The translations under genes were made by a program, and so were the position numbers. This document shows positions 1-10,769 of a stretch of 64,000 nt of DNA, in pieces. The notes under the pieces are model-generated. The model was not told where the DNA came from and ran no database searches. It saw only the letters and a list, made by a program, of their open reading frames with translations. Numbering within the stretch: the first letter of the stretch is position 1; each line of letters begins with the position of its first letter. The stretch is from Acidobacteriota bacterium (lineage in GTDB: Bacteria > Acidobacteriota > UBA890 > WLXD01). Where the stretch lies: the NCBI GenBank assembly GCA_965205505.1, contig CBDBHB010000008.1, forward strand, positions 832,001 to 896,000. Direction: 5' to 3'.

Positions 1-42
1 TTCGCGCACTGTCGTAGGTACCTGTCAGCTTGGACCCTACTG

Positions 43-1079
43 TTGCTAATGGCGTCCATGTCGGCCTCGGTTAAGGTCGCCAATGCTGCTTCGGCCATCG
101 ACATCCATGGGCGCGCGTACTTCGTTGTTGTGGAGGGCGTCGGCGACAATTCGTTTCCGTTATATGTCCGATTCGGGCAGGACGGCGATCGGCTCTACGG
201 CACCATGATCAGAGAGCAGATCTCCGACCCTTTCGATTTCAAGTTCGGCCTGGACAAGATCCTTCTCCGCGACGGTACTGTCAAGGGAAAGAAGATCACG
301 CTGTTCTTCGACGGCGGGCGCCTCGAGGGCAAGGTTAAAAAGGGTGGAGCGCAGATCCAGGCGACGCTGATTCCGGATACCGGCGGACGGAGCGGTTCAC
401 CCTGCAAGCCATCCTGGATGGGGATCTGTTCACCAGCATGTACCTCGGTGATGCCGACTCGGACGTTGCGCGTGTCCGGGCGGGGGCAGCGCCAGACACC
501 ATGCTGGTCGGCTTGGATCCAAGCGGGACCATGTCTATCGTGTTCTGGCTGCCAGTGTTTGAGGGTTTCGACGATGAGTTCCTCAACATCTTCGACGAGG
601 TGGATTTCGATCCCGCCACCGGGCAGTTCTCCCTACCATTTGAGGAGGGCATAGGGCTTGAAGGCGAGATCGATGGCGACGGAAACATGACCGTGGCGCT
701 CATGCTCCAAGATCCGGAAGGGGAGTTGAATAACGGGCAGCTGTTCGAAGTGACCGGCACGCTCCGCTACTTCGGTGCTGCGCGCAACAAGCCGAAGCTC
801 AAGACGCCGAAACCAAAAAAGATCAAGTCGGGAACAACGACTACGGTCAAGATCAAGCACAATTCTGTAGTGTCGGGAGCCTTGGTTACCGAAGAGACGG
901 AGGACGTCGCCATTGTTTCCTACCGCGTCACGTCCGGAGCGCTAGGTCGCGCAGCGGGCGGCACCATCCAGGTCGAGTTGTTGGTTGACGATGCGGCTTC
1001 GGGAAGCACGATTCTGCTGAGCGTGACCAACCCTGACGGCCAGTCCGCTGACGCAAAGAAGGTCATCAAGGTCAAGTAA
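43..1079 (+). pseudogene. Hypothetical, probably secreted beta-rich protein, split by a frameshift near 380-405
   Basis: ORF 43.. looks protein-like up to about DTGG, then continues in the frame of ORF 438..1079. Lys-rich Ig-like C-terminus. May be a sequencing indel. Confidence 0.55.
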
Positions 1080-1190
1080 AGCGGCTCGTGCCGACGGACC
1101 CCTAGCGGCCTCTGCATAGTCTCGGGAGCCACCTAGCAACGTTCGATTCCGCTCGCCCGTAACGGGCCGGCGGCGCTCGAGGCGGCAGGT

Positions 1191-1412
1191 TTGCTTGGTG
1201 CAGACGAGAAGATGGGCAAGGTAGGCCTAGGCCCACATGTGCTCCGACACACCTGGATCACGCACCGGCTACAGGAAGGCGTACCGCTGCCCGATGTCTC
1301 GAAGGCGGCCGGACACAGCTCACCGACCACTACGTTGAGGGTCTACGCGCACGCGATGCCGAGCGAGAACCGAGAGCGTCTAAGGGTGGACCTGGACGCC
1401 TTGCTATCATGA
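1191..1412 (+). pseudogene. C-terminal remnant of a tyrosine recombinase/integrase
   Basis: HVLRH...AGHSSPTTTLRVYAH contains the catalytic H-x-x-R, H and Y residues; the N-terminal part is absent. Confidence 0.8.
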
Positions 1413-1440
1413 CGAAAGGAGGGGTCGCTGAGACGGGCTG

Positions 1441-1458
1441 GGCAACCCACAGGCAACC
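1441..1458. repeat. Direct repeat GGCAACC x2 with 11-bp period, possible integrase arm-type site
   Basis: GGCAACC at 1441 and 1452, just downstream of the integrase remnant. Confidence 0.35.
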
Positions 1459-1745
1459 GAGGCTCATTTCATGGCACCGTCGACGGTGACGTAAGTTGCC
1501 ATGACCGCTCCCGGCTGTTGATCACGCGACCTGGTCTGCTAATGGCGCGTTGGCTCTAGAGCAACAGGGAAAATCAGTACATCGGTTGCATCGACGAGCC
1601 GGAAGGGTGTCCCGGAGAGACTGTAGAATGCTCCCCGAACTACTCAGGACGCTAGCAGGGTGCTGGGGAAACCTCTGTTAGACGTCGTGGTACCGCACTG
1701 TAATGTTGCGGCGATCCGACCCTACAGGCCACGCTCAGCCTCGAA

Positions 1746-2462
1746 ATGACGCTCCGACGAGTATCGACCGCAATCCTGTTCGTCGCCTCTCTCGTCCCGC
1801 AGCCCCTTGGTCAGACCACTGGCTCCGGTTGGACCGAGGCAGTTGCGTTCCCGGCATCGGAGTCACCTGTGGAACTGTTCAACGGTCACGACTTAACCGG
1901 TTGGGAGGGTCAAACCGAGACCTACTGGTCAGTAGAGTCCGGGCTGATCAAAGGCGGAAATCGTCACCCCAGCCCGGTGAGCACGTACCTCTTCACGACC
2001 AAGAGCTTTCGCGATTTCCGACTGCTCTTCGAGGTCTTACAGACCAGGGGACCAAACTTTTCCACGATGCACTCGGCGGTGGCAGTCCTCGGCGAGAGGT
2101 TCGAGGACATTGGGGAGTCGTTCGGCTTCAAGGGGCCCCTGCTGATGTTCTGCAACGACTGGGGTATCTGGGATGCGCATCGTCGTGACCGGATCTACCC
2201 GCCCAACAACGATGGGGGCTGGCGCCATCCGACGGAGAACGTCGGCGATTGGAATCGAATCGAGGTACTCGTGGTCGGCGACCGGATCCGCATGGTCGCC
2301 AACGGCCAACTGGTGATCGATTTCACCGATGCACAGGAGATGCTGAGCACGTCGCCGATCGGGTTGCAGCTGCACAGCAACGAGCGTCCGCAGGAGTTCC
2401 GTTTTCGCGGGCTGATTCTCTCGGAGGACCCCGAGGATCAACTCCTCACCCTCGAGCCGTGA
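1746..2462 (+). CDS. DUF1080 / 3-keto-disaccharide hydrolase family protein
   Basis: Signal peptide, LFNGHDLTGW, GDWNRIEV and IGLQLH motifs. Confidence 0.85.
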   Translation: MTLRRVSTAILFVASLVPQPLGQTTGSGWTEAVAFPASESPVELFNGHDLTGWEGQTETYWSVESGLIKGGNRHPSPVSTYLFTTKSFRDFRLLFEVLQTRGPNFSTMHSAVAVLGERFEDIGESFGFKGPLLMFCNDWGIWDAHRRDRIYPPNNDGGWRHPTENVGDWNRIEVLVVGDRIRMVANGQLVIDFTDAQEMLSTSPIGLQLHSNERPQEFRFRGLILSEDPEDQLLTLEP

Positions 2463-2523
2463 GCGTGTTGCGAATCCCCGTCGCTCCTGGCGATCGGCCA
2501 AGGCCGATCGTTCACAACCAAAC

Positions 2524-3639
2524 ATGAACAACCCGGCGGCTCCGACATCAGAGCGGTTGCATTCGCTCGACCTCTTCCGCGGGCTGACGATGTTCCTGCT
2601 CGTCGCCGAGGGAACGCTCCTGTACTCCTCGTCGCTGCAGCTGGTGACGCCGGGGTCGTTCCGGCATGCGCTGCTGATGCAGTTTCATCATCATCCGTGG
2701 AACGGACTCCGGTTCTGGGATCTGGTGCAGCCCTACTTCATGTTCATCGTCGGTGTGGCGATGACCTTCTCCATCGCCGCTCGCTGCCGGCGGGATGATT
2801 CCTGGAAAGAGATCACCCGGCACATCCTCGTGCGCTGCCTGATTCTGTTCTTTCTCGGTGTCATCCTGCATTGCGGCTACGCGGGCAGGCTCGTCTGGGA
2901 GCTCTGGAACGTCCTCACCCAGCTGTCGTTCACCATCCTGGTGGCGTTCATCGTCTACAGGATGCGGGCGAGAACTCAGATGGCTGTCTCGATCGGCCTG
3001 CTGGTGCTCACCGAGCTGCTCTACCGCACCGTTCTGTTCGAGGGATTCGATCAGCCGTTCGTCGAGGACCGGAACTTCGGCGCCTGGATGGACACCGTGC
3101 TCATGGGGAAGATCAACGGCGACGGGTGGGTAGCAATCAACTGCCTCCCCACCGCCGCCCACACCATCTGGGGCGTGCTGGCGGGCAAGCTGCTGATGAG
3201 CTCGCGCGACGAGCTCGACAAGATCAAAAGGCTGGCAGCCTATGGTGCGATCGGTCTCTTGGTCGGCTACGGGATGGATTGGGCGAGCATCACACCGATC
3301 ATCAAGCGGATCGCCACCAGCTCCTTCACGATCGCTTCCGGCGGCTGGTGCCTGGTCACGCTGGCCGCCTGCTACTGGGCCATCGACCGCCGCGGCTGGC
3401 GTCGCTGGACGGACGTCTTCGCGATCGTCGGGATGAACTCGATCTTCATCTACATGTTCAGCCAGACCCTCGGGAAGCAGTGGTTCAACGGCTTCGTCGG
3501 GATCTTCGCGGTCGGCGTGCTCGAGGGCCTCGGGGTGACGACGGGCGTTGCCGCCCTGGGCAACTCGCTCGTAGTACTCGGTCTCGAGTGGACCCTGTGC
3601 TACTGGCTCTACCGGCGCCGGATCTTCATCAAGATCTGA
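2524..3639 (+). CDS. NagX/HGSNAT-like (DUF5009) membrane acyltransferase
   Basis: RLHSLDLFRG, HHPWNG..DLVQPYFMFIVG, PIIKRIATSSF and GMNSI motifs; multiple TM segments. Confidence 0.85.
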   Translation: MNNPAAPTSERLHSLDLFRGLTMFLLVAEGTLLYSSSLQLVTPGSFRHALLMQFHHHPWNGLRFWDLVQPYFMFIVGVAMTFSIAARCRRDDSWKEITRHILVRCLILFFLGVILHCGYAGRLVWELWNVLTQLSFTILVAFIVYRMRARTQMAVSIGLLVLTELLYRTVLFEGFDQPFVEDRNFGAWMDTVLMGKINGDGWVAINCLPTAAHTIWGVLAGKLLMSSRDELDKIKRLAAYGAIGLLVGYGMDWASITPIIKRIATSSFTIASGGWCLVTLAACYWAIDRRGWRRWTDVFAIVGMNSIFIYMFSQTLGKQWFNGFVGIFAVGVLEGLGVTTGVAALGNSLVVLGLEWTLCYWLYRRRIFIKI

Positions 3640-5730
3640 GATCGACGGCCTCGACCAGCCGGCGGACGGCGGGCACGATCATGATGAGGAGCTCGGCGCG
3701 CGGCGCCTGGCCGCGCTCCAGGACCTCGAGCTGTGCCCGTCGCCAGCCCTCAGTGGCGCTGTCGCCCTCCAGTCGATCGATCGCCTCGAGACCGACTCGG
3801 GTCACCGCCGCCACCTCGGAGACCAGCGGCCAGATCTCCTCGAGCAGGAACGAGCTTCCCAGCTCGGCCTGCAGTCCGGCAGCGGCCTGGTGCCAGCCGG
3901 CAAGCCGTTGTCTGATGGCCGCGCCGCTCGCCCGGCGCTCGTCGGGTTGCTGCGCGTCGGCGTTCAGGTACCGCTCGATCAGCTGGCCGAACCGACGGGC
4001 GGCGCGGCTCTCCGGTCGCACCGCATCGACGAGGCGATTCATGGAGGTGCGGCTGCTGTAGGCGCGTGCCCGGTGTCGGTCGTAGCCCTTGACGGGCTCG
4101 AGCAGGTCGGCGATTGCCTGGAGCGACTCGATGGACCTGTAGCCCGTGAGGCGCTGCAGCATGGGGCGGTAGTTGCTGCGATGGGTCAGGCCGAGCCACT
4201 CGAGCCGCCGGTACATGTCGTCGACATCGCGCACCACCGCGGATGACCAGAGCCGTTCGGCGATGGCCGCCGTCCGCGGCCAGATGCGCGACTCGACGTT
4301 CTCCGCCGTGGCGAGCTCGCCCCACATAGTCGCCTCACCGCCGAGGATCCTCGTGGCCTCGTCGGGCCCCAGCCGGGAGATCGCCGGCCATCGGCTCGAC
4401 GGCGTAGTGGCGAGCGGCCGAATGCATGAGGTCGATGTAGTAGCCATTCGAGAGGATGGCGCGGTAGCCGTCGAGGGCGGCCTCGGCCAGCGACTCGTGG
4501 CCGCGCCAAGACTGCACCACGGTGTCTTTCGGGAGCTCACGGTGGATGATCTCGTCCCACCCCACCATCGTCTTACCGTACTTGGCGAGGATGACGGAGA
4601 CGCGCTGGTTGAAGTAGGCCTGCAGGTCGCGATGGTCGGCCATGCCCTGCTCGGCCATGAAGGTCTCGATCGCCTCGCTGGCGCCCCACTGGACGCCGTT
4701 GACCTCGTCGCCGCCGATGTGGAAATAGGCGTCATCGAACAGCGCTGCCATCTCTCCGAAGAGGACATCGAGGAACTCGTAGACCTCCTCTTTGCTCGGA
4801 TCCATGACCGGTTCCTTGACCCCCCCAGGTGCGCACCAGCCTGTAGGGACCGGGGGCGCTGGCGAGCTCCGGGTAGCCGATCAGCCAGCTGCTCGAGTGT
4901 CCCGGGATATCGAGCTCGGGCATTACCCGGATGCCGCGGTCGCGGGCGTAGGCGATGATCTCGCGCACCTCGTCCTGGGTGTAGTAGCTGCCATCGGACC
5001 CCAGTTGGTGAAGCTTCGGGAAGACCTTGCTCTCGACCCGGAAGCCCTGGTCCTCGGTAAGGTGCCAGTGCAGGACGTTGAGCTTGACCGCCGCCATCCC
5101 GTCCAGCGTTCGCTTCAGCGTCGCCAGCGGCAGAAACATCCGCCCGGTGTCCAGCAGCAGCCCACGCCAGGGAAACCGGGGCGCATCCTGGATTGTCAGC
5201 GCCGGCACGCCGAAGCCGTTTCCCTGTGCCTGGACCAACTGCAGGAAGGTCTCGATGCCCCGGAGCGCGCCGACCGGCGTCAGGGCGCTCAAAAGAGCGG
5301 CATGCTCGGTGACCTCCAGCGCGTATGACTCGTTCGCGTCGACGGACTGAACTTCTTCTCCCGGACCGTCCACCCGGATGCGCAGCGTCGGTGTTGGTTG
5401 ATCGGCAGAGTCGTCGAGGCTCGGGGTCCAAGCTGTGTCGGTGAGCGACCGAGGGAAGCGCAGCCCGGTCTGCGCCCGCAGTCGGGCATAGAGTCGCCCG
5501 ACGGCCCGTTCCAGTCGCGGCTCTCGGAAGCCGGTGAGTGCAACGCGGAACCGGTCTCCGATCTCCAGCGAGCCCGCCCGCAGGATCACCGCCCGTGGCA
5601 TGGGGAGAAGGCTCAGGTCGTTCGACTGGGCTGCGCTCTCTGGGGCGGCGCTGGCCGACGTCGAGGCAACGAGGACCATGAGCGGCAACAGGCTCGAGGG
5701 CGAGAGGAGCGATCGGATGATCGTCATCAC
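3629..5730 (-). pseudogene. GH20 beta-N-acetylhexosaminidase with two frameshifts (about 4825 and 4375)
   Basis: DAPRFPWRGLLLDTGR, LHWHLTEDQGF, PELDIPGH, HIGGDEV and GGEATMWGE...IWPR are spread over three frames. The first shift is in a G7 run, so it may be an assembly error. Confidence 0.85.
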
Positions 5731-5736
5731 GGACGA

Positions 5737-6342
5737 CTACTGCGTCAGCTGCCGGAGCTGATCGATCACGTCCGCGGCCGGTGGACGCAGGCGGTAGTTG
5801 GTCTCGACAAACAGGTACCGGACGATCCCGTCAACGTCGAGGATGACCACGGCCGGGTGCGGGATCAGGCTGTCACTATCAGCTTCGTTGAGCAGGCCCC
5901 ATGCCTTGATAGCCTCGGCATCAGGGTCGAGCAAGAAGGGGAACTCGAAACCCTCCTCCTTACGATAGGCCCGCAGCTTGTCGGTGTCGTCGTTGGCAAT
6001 GGCCCAAAACTCGGCCCCGGTAGCCCGGATGTCGTCCATGGCTTCATGCAGCTGCACGAGCTGCTCGCGGCAGAACGGTCACCAGGTGCCCCGGAAGAAA
6101 AGCAGCATCAGCGGGCGCTCGCCGCGGGCCGCCGCCAGGTCATAGACGTCGCCGTCGGTGGATTCGAGCGAGAACGTCGAGGGCGGCAGCTGGCCGACCT
6201 CGAGCAGCGTCTCGTGCGGCGGCCCTAGCGCCAGTCGATCGGCATCCTGAGCGTGGGCACTGGCTGGCCCCACGAGGGTAAACAATAGCGGCAACGCCAG
6301 ACGCGCCCATGACAACGGTGGCAACGAGAAGCGACCTTTCAC
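5737..6342 (-). CDS. AhpC/TSA (peroxiredoxin-like) selenoprotein with a UxxC motif (TGA at 6079-6081)
   Basis: ORFs 6079..6342 and 5737..6057 are in one frame: FFRGTW-TGA-PFCREQL. TGA sits at the first Cys position of the usual CxxC. Confidence 0.88.
6052..6078 (-). promoter_or_regulatory. Candidate SECIS hairpin
   Basis: After the TGA: CTGC-C-GCGAG-CAG-CTCGT-GCAG. The upper stem starts at +11 and the loop G is at +18. Confidence 0.6.
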
Positions 6343-6472
6343 CGGACCTCCGTGAGGTTGGATGTTACTCGCGCGCGTCGGCCGACCGGGTCGGCGACGG
6401 ACGTTACAGGCAACACCGGAGCAGCGTGCGCCCTGATGCGCTCGAGCCGGGATCGAGATCGTAACACCGAGT

Positions 6473-6501
6473 TTGACAGGGTACAGGGGGGCCGCTAGCT
6501 T
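6473..6501 (+). promoter_or_regulatory. Sigma70-like promoter of the frd operon
   Basis: TTGACA-17 nt-TAGCTT, about 190 nt upstream of frdA. Confidence 0.5.
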
Positions 6502-6693
6502 ACGATCGGAGCCGCCGTACAGCCGCTAACAGCTACCGTGGAGAGCACGATCTCATGTCGACGCCGGCTGGACCGGTAGCTACCGTTGGCTTCGGCACCA
6601 CCTCTCGTCGCGGTAGCTGGTGGCGCCTGTCACTGCTGACCTTCCTGGGCCTCGGCGCGAGAGCCGTTGGCAGTACCGGGAGCAACTAAACCC

Positions 6694-8472
6694 ATGAGCG
6701 TACGGCACGACGTGGTGATCGTCGGTGGAGGTGGTGCGGGGCTGCGGGCGGCGATCGCCATCGCCGAGATTAACCCCTCCCTGAGCGTTGCGGTGGTAAG
6801 CAAAGTCTACCCAATGCGCAGCCACACGGTGGCAGCTGAGGGCGGTGCCGCGGCAGTGATCAAAGACAACGACAGCCTTGAAGATCATTTCCGAGACACC
6901 GTCGGCGGCAGTGACTGGCTGGCCGATCAGGACGCGGTCGAGCTGTTTGTCAACGAAGCGCCGGCCGAAATGATCCAGCTCGAGCACTGGGGCTGTCCGT
7001 GGAGCCGAGAGCCGGACGGCACGGTTGCAGTGCGGCCATTCGGAGGCATGAAGATCGAACGGACATGGTTTGCCTCCGACAAGACCGGCTTCCACATGTT
7101 GCACGCGTTGTATCAGACGTCTCTCAAGTACAGCCCGATTGCCAGTTATGACGAGTCGTTCGCGACAAAGATCTTGGTAGAGAACGGGCGTTGCCAGGGC
7201 GTCAGTGCGCTCGATCTACAGACCGGCAGGGTCGAGACGATTATTGCCAATGCCGTCATCCTTTGCACCGGCGGGGCCGGGAGGGTATTCCCGTTCACAA
7301 CCAACGGGGCGATCAAGACCGGCGACGGGATGGCCATGGCCTACCGCGCCGGAGTCGCCCTCAAGGACATGGAGTTCATCCAATACCACCCCACCGGGCT
7401 GCCCGGAACCGGCATTCTCATCACCGAGGCTTCACGGGGAGAGGGAGGTATCCTCGTCAACAAGGACGGATACCGGTACTTGCAGGACTACGATCTGGGA
7501 ACGCCACTGCAGGTCACCGACCCCGAGCACCCGGTCAAGAAGAGTATGGAGCTGGGTCCTCGCGACCGACTCAGCCAGGCGTTCGTCAAGGAATTGGAAC
7601 AAGGTCGGACGATACCCGGGCCGCACGGAGATGTCGTTCATCTCGACATACGACACCTCGGCGAGAAGAAAATCGACAAGAAGCTGCCTTTCGTGCGCGA
7701 GCTAGCTAGGAACTACGCCCGCATCGACCCGGTATACGAGCCCATTCCCGTGCGCCCCGTCATTCACTACATCATGGGCGGTGTCGACACCGATACCGAC
7801 GGCGCCACATCGCTTCCGGGATTGTTCGCGGCGGGCGAGGTCGCCTGCGTGTCGATCAACGGGGCGAATCGCCTCGGCTCCAACTCTCTGACCGAGCTCC
7901 TCGTCTTCGGCGCGCGTGCCGGACGGGCGGCGGCTATCTTCGCAGCCCAGAACCCGAACCCTGACGTCGAGGCAGTGGAGAAGCAAGGCGGCGACGAGCA
8001 AGAGCGCATCGCCCGGGACTTCATTCGCAAGGAGGGCGGTACGGAGAGGATCGCTACCCTCCGCAGGGAGATGAACGAGACGATGGAAAGCGGCGCCGGC
8101 ATCTACCGTTCCGAACAGGGCCTCAGAGAGACGTGTGACACGCTGATGGAATTGAGGCAACGCTTCTCGAATCTCTTGATCGAAGACCGAAGCCTGACCT
8201 TCAATACCGAGCTCACCTCCGCTCTTGAGCTCGACTTCATGCTCGACGTGGCGCTCGCCATCGGTCGCAGTGCCCTGGCACGAACCGAGAGTCGCGGCTC
8301 GCACCAGCGCACCGATCACCCCGATCGTGACGACGAGAACTTTCTCAAACACTCCCTTGCGTTCCGCACCGACGACGGGCTTCGCATCGACCACAAGGAT
8401 GTCGTCATCACCAAGTGGCCACCCGAGGAACGCATTTACGGTAGACAGACGTTGAGCGCGGACACGCACTGA
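6694..8472 (+). CDS. frdA: Fumarate reductase flavoprotein subunit
   Basis: GGGGAG FAD-binding fold, [10 protein letters not shown] covalent-FAD His motif, [20 protein letters not shown]. Confidence 0.93.
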   Translation: MSVRHDVVIVGGGGAGLRAAIAIAEINPSLSVAVVSKVYPMRSHTVAAEGGAAAVIKDNDSLEDHFRDTVGGSDWLADQDAVELFVNEAPAEMIQLEHWGCPWSREPDGTVAVRPFGGMKIERTWFASDKTGFHMLHALYQTSLKYSPIASYDESFATKILVENGRCQGVSALDLQTGRVETIIANAVILCTGGAGRVFPFTTNGAIKTGDGMAMAYRAGVALKDMEFIQYHPTGLPGTGILITEASRGEGGILVNKDGYRYLQDYDLGTPLQVTDPEHPVKKSMELGPRDRLSQAFVKELEQGRTIPGPHGDVVHLDIRHLGEKKIDKKLPFVRELARNYARIDPVYEPIPVRPVIHYIMGGVDTDTDGATSLPGLFAAGEVACVSINGANRLGSNSLTELLVFGARAGRAAAIFAAQNPNPDVEAVEKQGGDEQERIARDFIRKEGGTERIATLRREMNETMESGAGIYRSEQGLRETCDTLMELRQRFSNLLIEDRSLTFNTELTSALELDFMLDVALAIGRSALARTESRGSHQRTDHPDRDDENFLKHSLAFRTDDGLRIDHKDVVITKWPPEERIYGRQTLSADTH

Positions 8473-8474
8473 CG

Positions 8475-9227
8475 ATGGGCAAGACGATAGAGCTCGAGAT
8501 CTTCCGGTACCTCCCTGAGCAGGGATCCGAGCCCACTTTCCAGAACTACGAGGTTCCGTTTCACGGAGAGTGGGTCGTTCTCGATGCCATCAACTACATC
8601 AAAGAGGAGATCGACGGCACGCTCTCGTACCGCTGGTCGTGTCGGATGGGCGTGTGCGGAAGCTGTGGAATGATGGTAAACGGCGTGCCGAAGCTCACCT
8701 GCGCGGCCTTTCTGAAGGACTACTATCCCGGCAAGATCCGCGTCGAACCTCTCGACGGGTTCCCGGTCGAGCGGGACCTCATTTCCGACATGGATGACTT
8801 CATCGAGAAGCTGAAGAGCGTCAAGCCGTGGATCATCCGTAAGGAAGGTGAGGAAAAGCCGATCGAGGAAGGCGAATACCTACAAACCCCACGCCAGCTT
8901 GTTGAATACAAGCCGTACTCGATGTGCATCAACTGCATGCTTTGTTACGCGGCGTGCCCCGTCTACGCGATCGACACCACGTTCTTGGGACCGGCGGCGA
9001 TCGCCCTCGGCCAACGCTACAACATGGATTCACGCGATCAGGGGAGAGATCAGCGGCAAGAGGTGATCGCCAGCCACGAAGGGATTTGGCAGTGCACATT
9101 CGTCGGTGAGTGTAGCGCCGTGTGTCCCAAGGATGTCGAGCCGGCAGGCGCGATCCAGCGCGCCAAGGTCGCCAGCACGATCGATTACTTCAAGGAAGTG
9201 CTTTTGCCCTGGGGCAAGAAGAATTGA
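8475..9227 (+). CDS. frdB: Fumarate reductase iron-sulfur subunit
   Basis: [23 protein letters not shown] and [12 protein letters not shown] Fe-S motifs. Confidence 0.93.
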   Translation: MGKTIELEIFRYLPEQGSEPTFQNYEVPFHGEWVVLDAINYIKEEIDGTLSYRWSCRMGVCGSCGMMVNGVPKLTCAAFLKDYYPGKIRVEPLDGFPVERDLISDMDDFIEKLKSVKPWIIRKEGEEKPIEEGEYLQTPRQLVEYKPYSMCINCMLCYAACPVYAIDTTFLGPAAIALGQRYNMDSRDQGRDQRQEVIASHEGIWQCTFVGECSAVCPKDVEPAGAIQRAKVASTIDYFKEVLLPWGKKN

Positions 9228-9604
9228 GCTATCGGCGACGAGTTCCGAACACCTGGTGGCTCAAGCGGTGGCCCTACTTCCTGTTCATGGTTCGGGAGCT
9301 CACCAGCCTCGGCGTTGCCGGCTACAGCGTGTTCCTTCTGTTTCTGGTTTATCGACTCGGTCAAGGGCGCGAGGCCTACGAGGCCGCGATCGGCCTGATC
9401 ATGTCGCCGACCAGCATCGCGCTGCATTTGGTCGCGCTGGTGCTCGCCGTCTACCACACGGTCACTTGGTTCAACGTAACTCCCAAGGTCATAGTGATTC
9501 ACTTTGGCGAGGAACGTATTCCCGGCTTCATGATCGCCGGCGCTCACTACGCCGGATGGCTCGCGGTGTCGATGATCGTCGCGTGGGCCGTGCTGGGAGC
9601 GTAA
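9224..9604 (+). CDS. frdC: Fumarate reductase membrane anchor subunit C
   Basis: TTG start overlaps the frdB stop; [23 protein letters not shown]...HTVTWF resembles FrdC; three TM segments. Confidence 0.85.
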   Translation: MSYRRRVPNTWWLKRWPYFLFMVRELTSLGVAGYSVFLLFLVYRLGQGREAYEAAIGLIMSPTSIALHLVALVLAVYHTVTWFNVTPKVIVIHFGEERIPGFMIAGAHYAGWLAVSMIVAWAVLGA

Positions 9605-9609
9605 TCACC

Positions 9610-9963
9610 ATGGCCAAGTCCAACGAACCGATTCCCTGGTCACTGTTCTCGGCCGGTGGGATGTTGTCGGCAATGCTGCTGCCTATCCTGGTCGTCATCA
9701 CCGGAATTCTCGTGCCCTTCGGCTTTGCGCCGCTGGAGTCCCTCGGCTTCGACAAGGCGCACGCCGCCGTTTCGGGCAACCTGCTGGTAAAGCTGATTCT
9801 GTTCGGACTGATCTCTCTGTCGCTCTTCCACTGGGCACACCGCTTCAGGTTCGCGCTCGTCGACATGGGCCTGCAGAAGATCAAAGGGCTGATCGGCTTT
9901 GCCTGCTACGGCAGCGCCCTTGCCGGCGCCGTAATCACCGCCGCGCTTCTCTGGCGGATCTAG
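9610..9963 (+). CDS. frdD: Fumarate reductase membrane anchor subunit D
   Basis: KSNEPIPWSLFSAGGM...HWAHR...DMG resembles FrdD. Confidence 0.88.
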   Translation: MAKSNEPIPWSLFSAGGMLSAMLLPILVVITGILVPFGFAPLESLGFDKAHAAVSGNLLVKLILFGLISLSLFHWAHRFRFALVDMGLQKIKGLIGFACYGSALAGAVITAALLWRI

Positions 9964-9977
9964 CTGGGCACGCCGCC

Positions 9978-10664
9978 TTATGCCGCCGCGTGCTCCTTGC
10001 GATGCGCGGCAACATCGAAACCGATCTTCATGAGCACCATCAACACCAGGCCCGCGGTTGGTGAGCCGGTGAGCAAGAGTAGAAATCCGCTGCCGATGAT
10101 CACCAGGTGCAGGAGGATAACGCGCCGGTATGGTCCGGTCATCAATTCCTGCAGCGTCGCAGATCGGTACTCGCCGGCACCGAGATAGTTGACCAGGAAC
10201 GACACGCCGTGGCTGACGATCAGGGTGATCGCGCCGTAGGCGAGCGTACGCTGGCTCAGCGCGTTCACCAGCGTACCCCAGATCAGCACGGGCACCAGCG
10301 TGATGGGCGAGTCGATGTTGGCGCCCAAGAGCAACCCGGGTATCTCCGACCCTTGCCCCCTGAACATCGCCGTCAGCAAGACCCCATGCACTGCGGCGAA
10401 TCCGCCGTAATGAACGGCAAAGAACGGGATCAGCACCAGCTTGCCCAGCCATGCAGCCGGATCTCGGATCCGCACAGCGAGAATGCGCAACACGTTGAAC
10501 ACGCCGACGATGAGGTTCTCGATCCAGTACAAGAGCACCACGTCGCCGACCTCCCAGCCCATCCACAGCACGCCGGCCAGCGGCACCAAGTTGGCCAGGA
10601 TCAAGGCGGCAACCGAAGGCGTTAGCCACGACGGCAGCACAAGTCGGTTCAGTCGAGTGAACAT
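9978..10664 (-). CDS. DUF6498-like membrane protein
   Basis: NLVPLAGV..W...YWIEN, FFAVHYGGF, PYRRVILLH. Confidence 0.75.
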   Translation of the reverse strand: MFTRLNRLVLPSWLTPSVAALILANLVPLAGVLWMGWEVGDVVLLYWIENLIVGVFNVLRILAVRIRDPAAWLGKLVLIPFFAVHYGGFAAVHGVLLTAMFRGQGSEIPGLLLGANIDSPITLVPVLIWGTLVNALSQRTLAYGAITLIVSHGVSFLVNYLGAGEYRSATLQELMTGPYRRVILLHLVIIGSGFLLLLTGSPTAGLVLMVLMKIGFDVAAHRKEHAAA

Positions 10665-10769
10665 CGCCCTCCGCTCCCGAGTCGTTGCGCCGCGAGCGAT
10701 TGTGCCCGCAACGGCGTACCGGCGATACAATGCCGCAGCGAACGTTAGTGAGCCACTGGGAGGTGTGCG

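Noticed and set aside
2871-4061. Long overlapping alternative-frame and antisense ORFs (this one and many others)
   Set aside because: Arg/Pro/Ala-rich shadows expected in high-GC DNA, overlapping well-supported genes.
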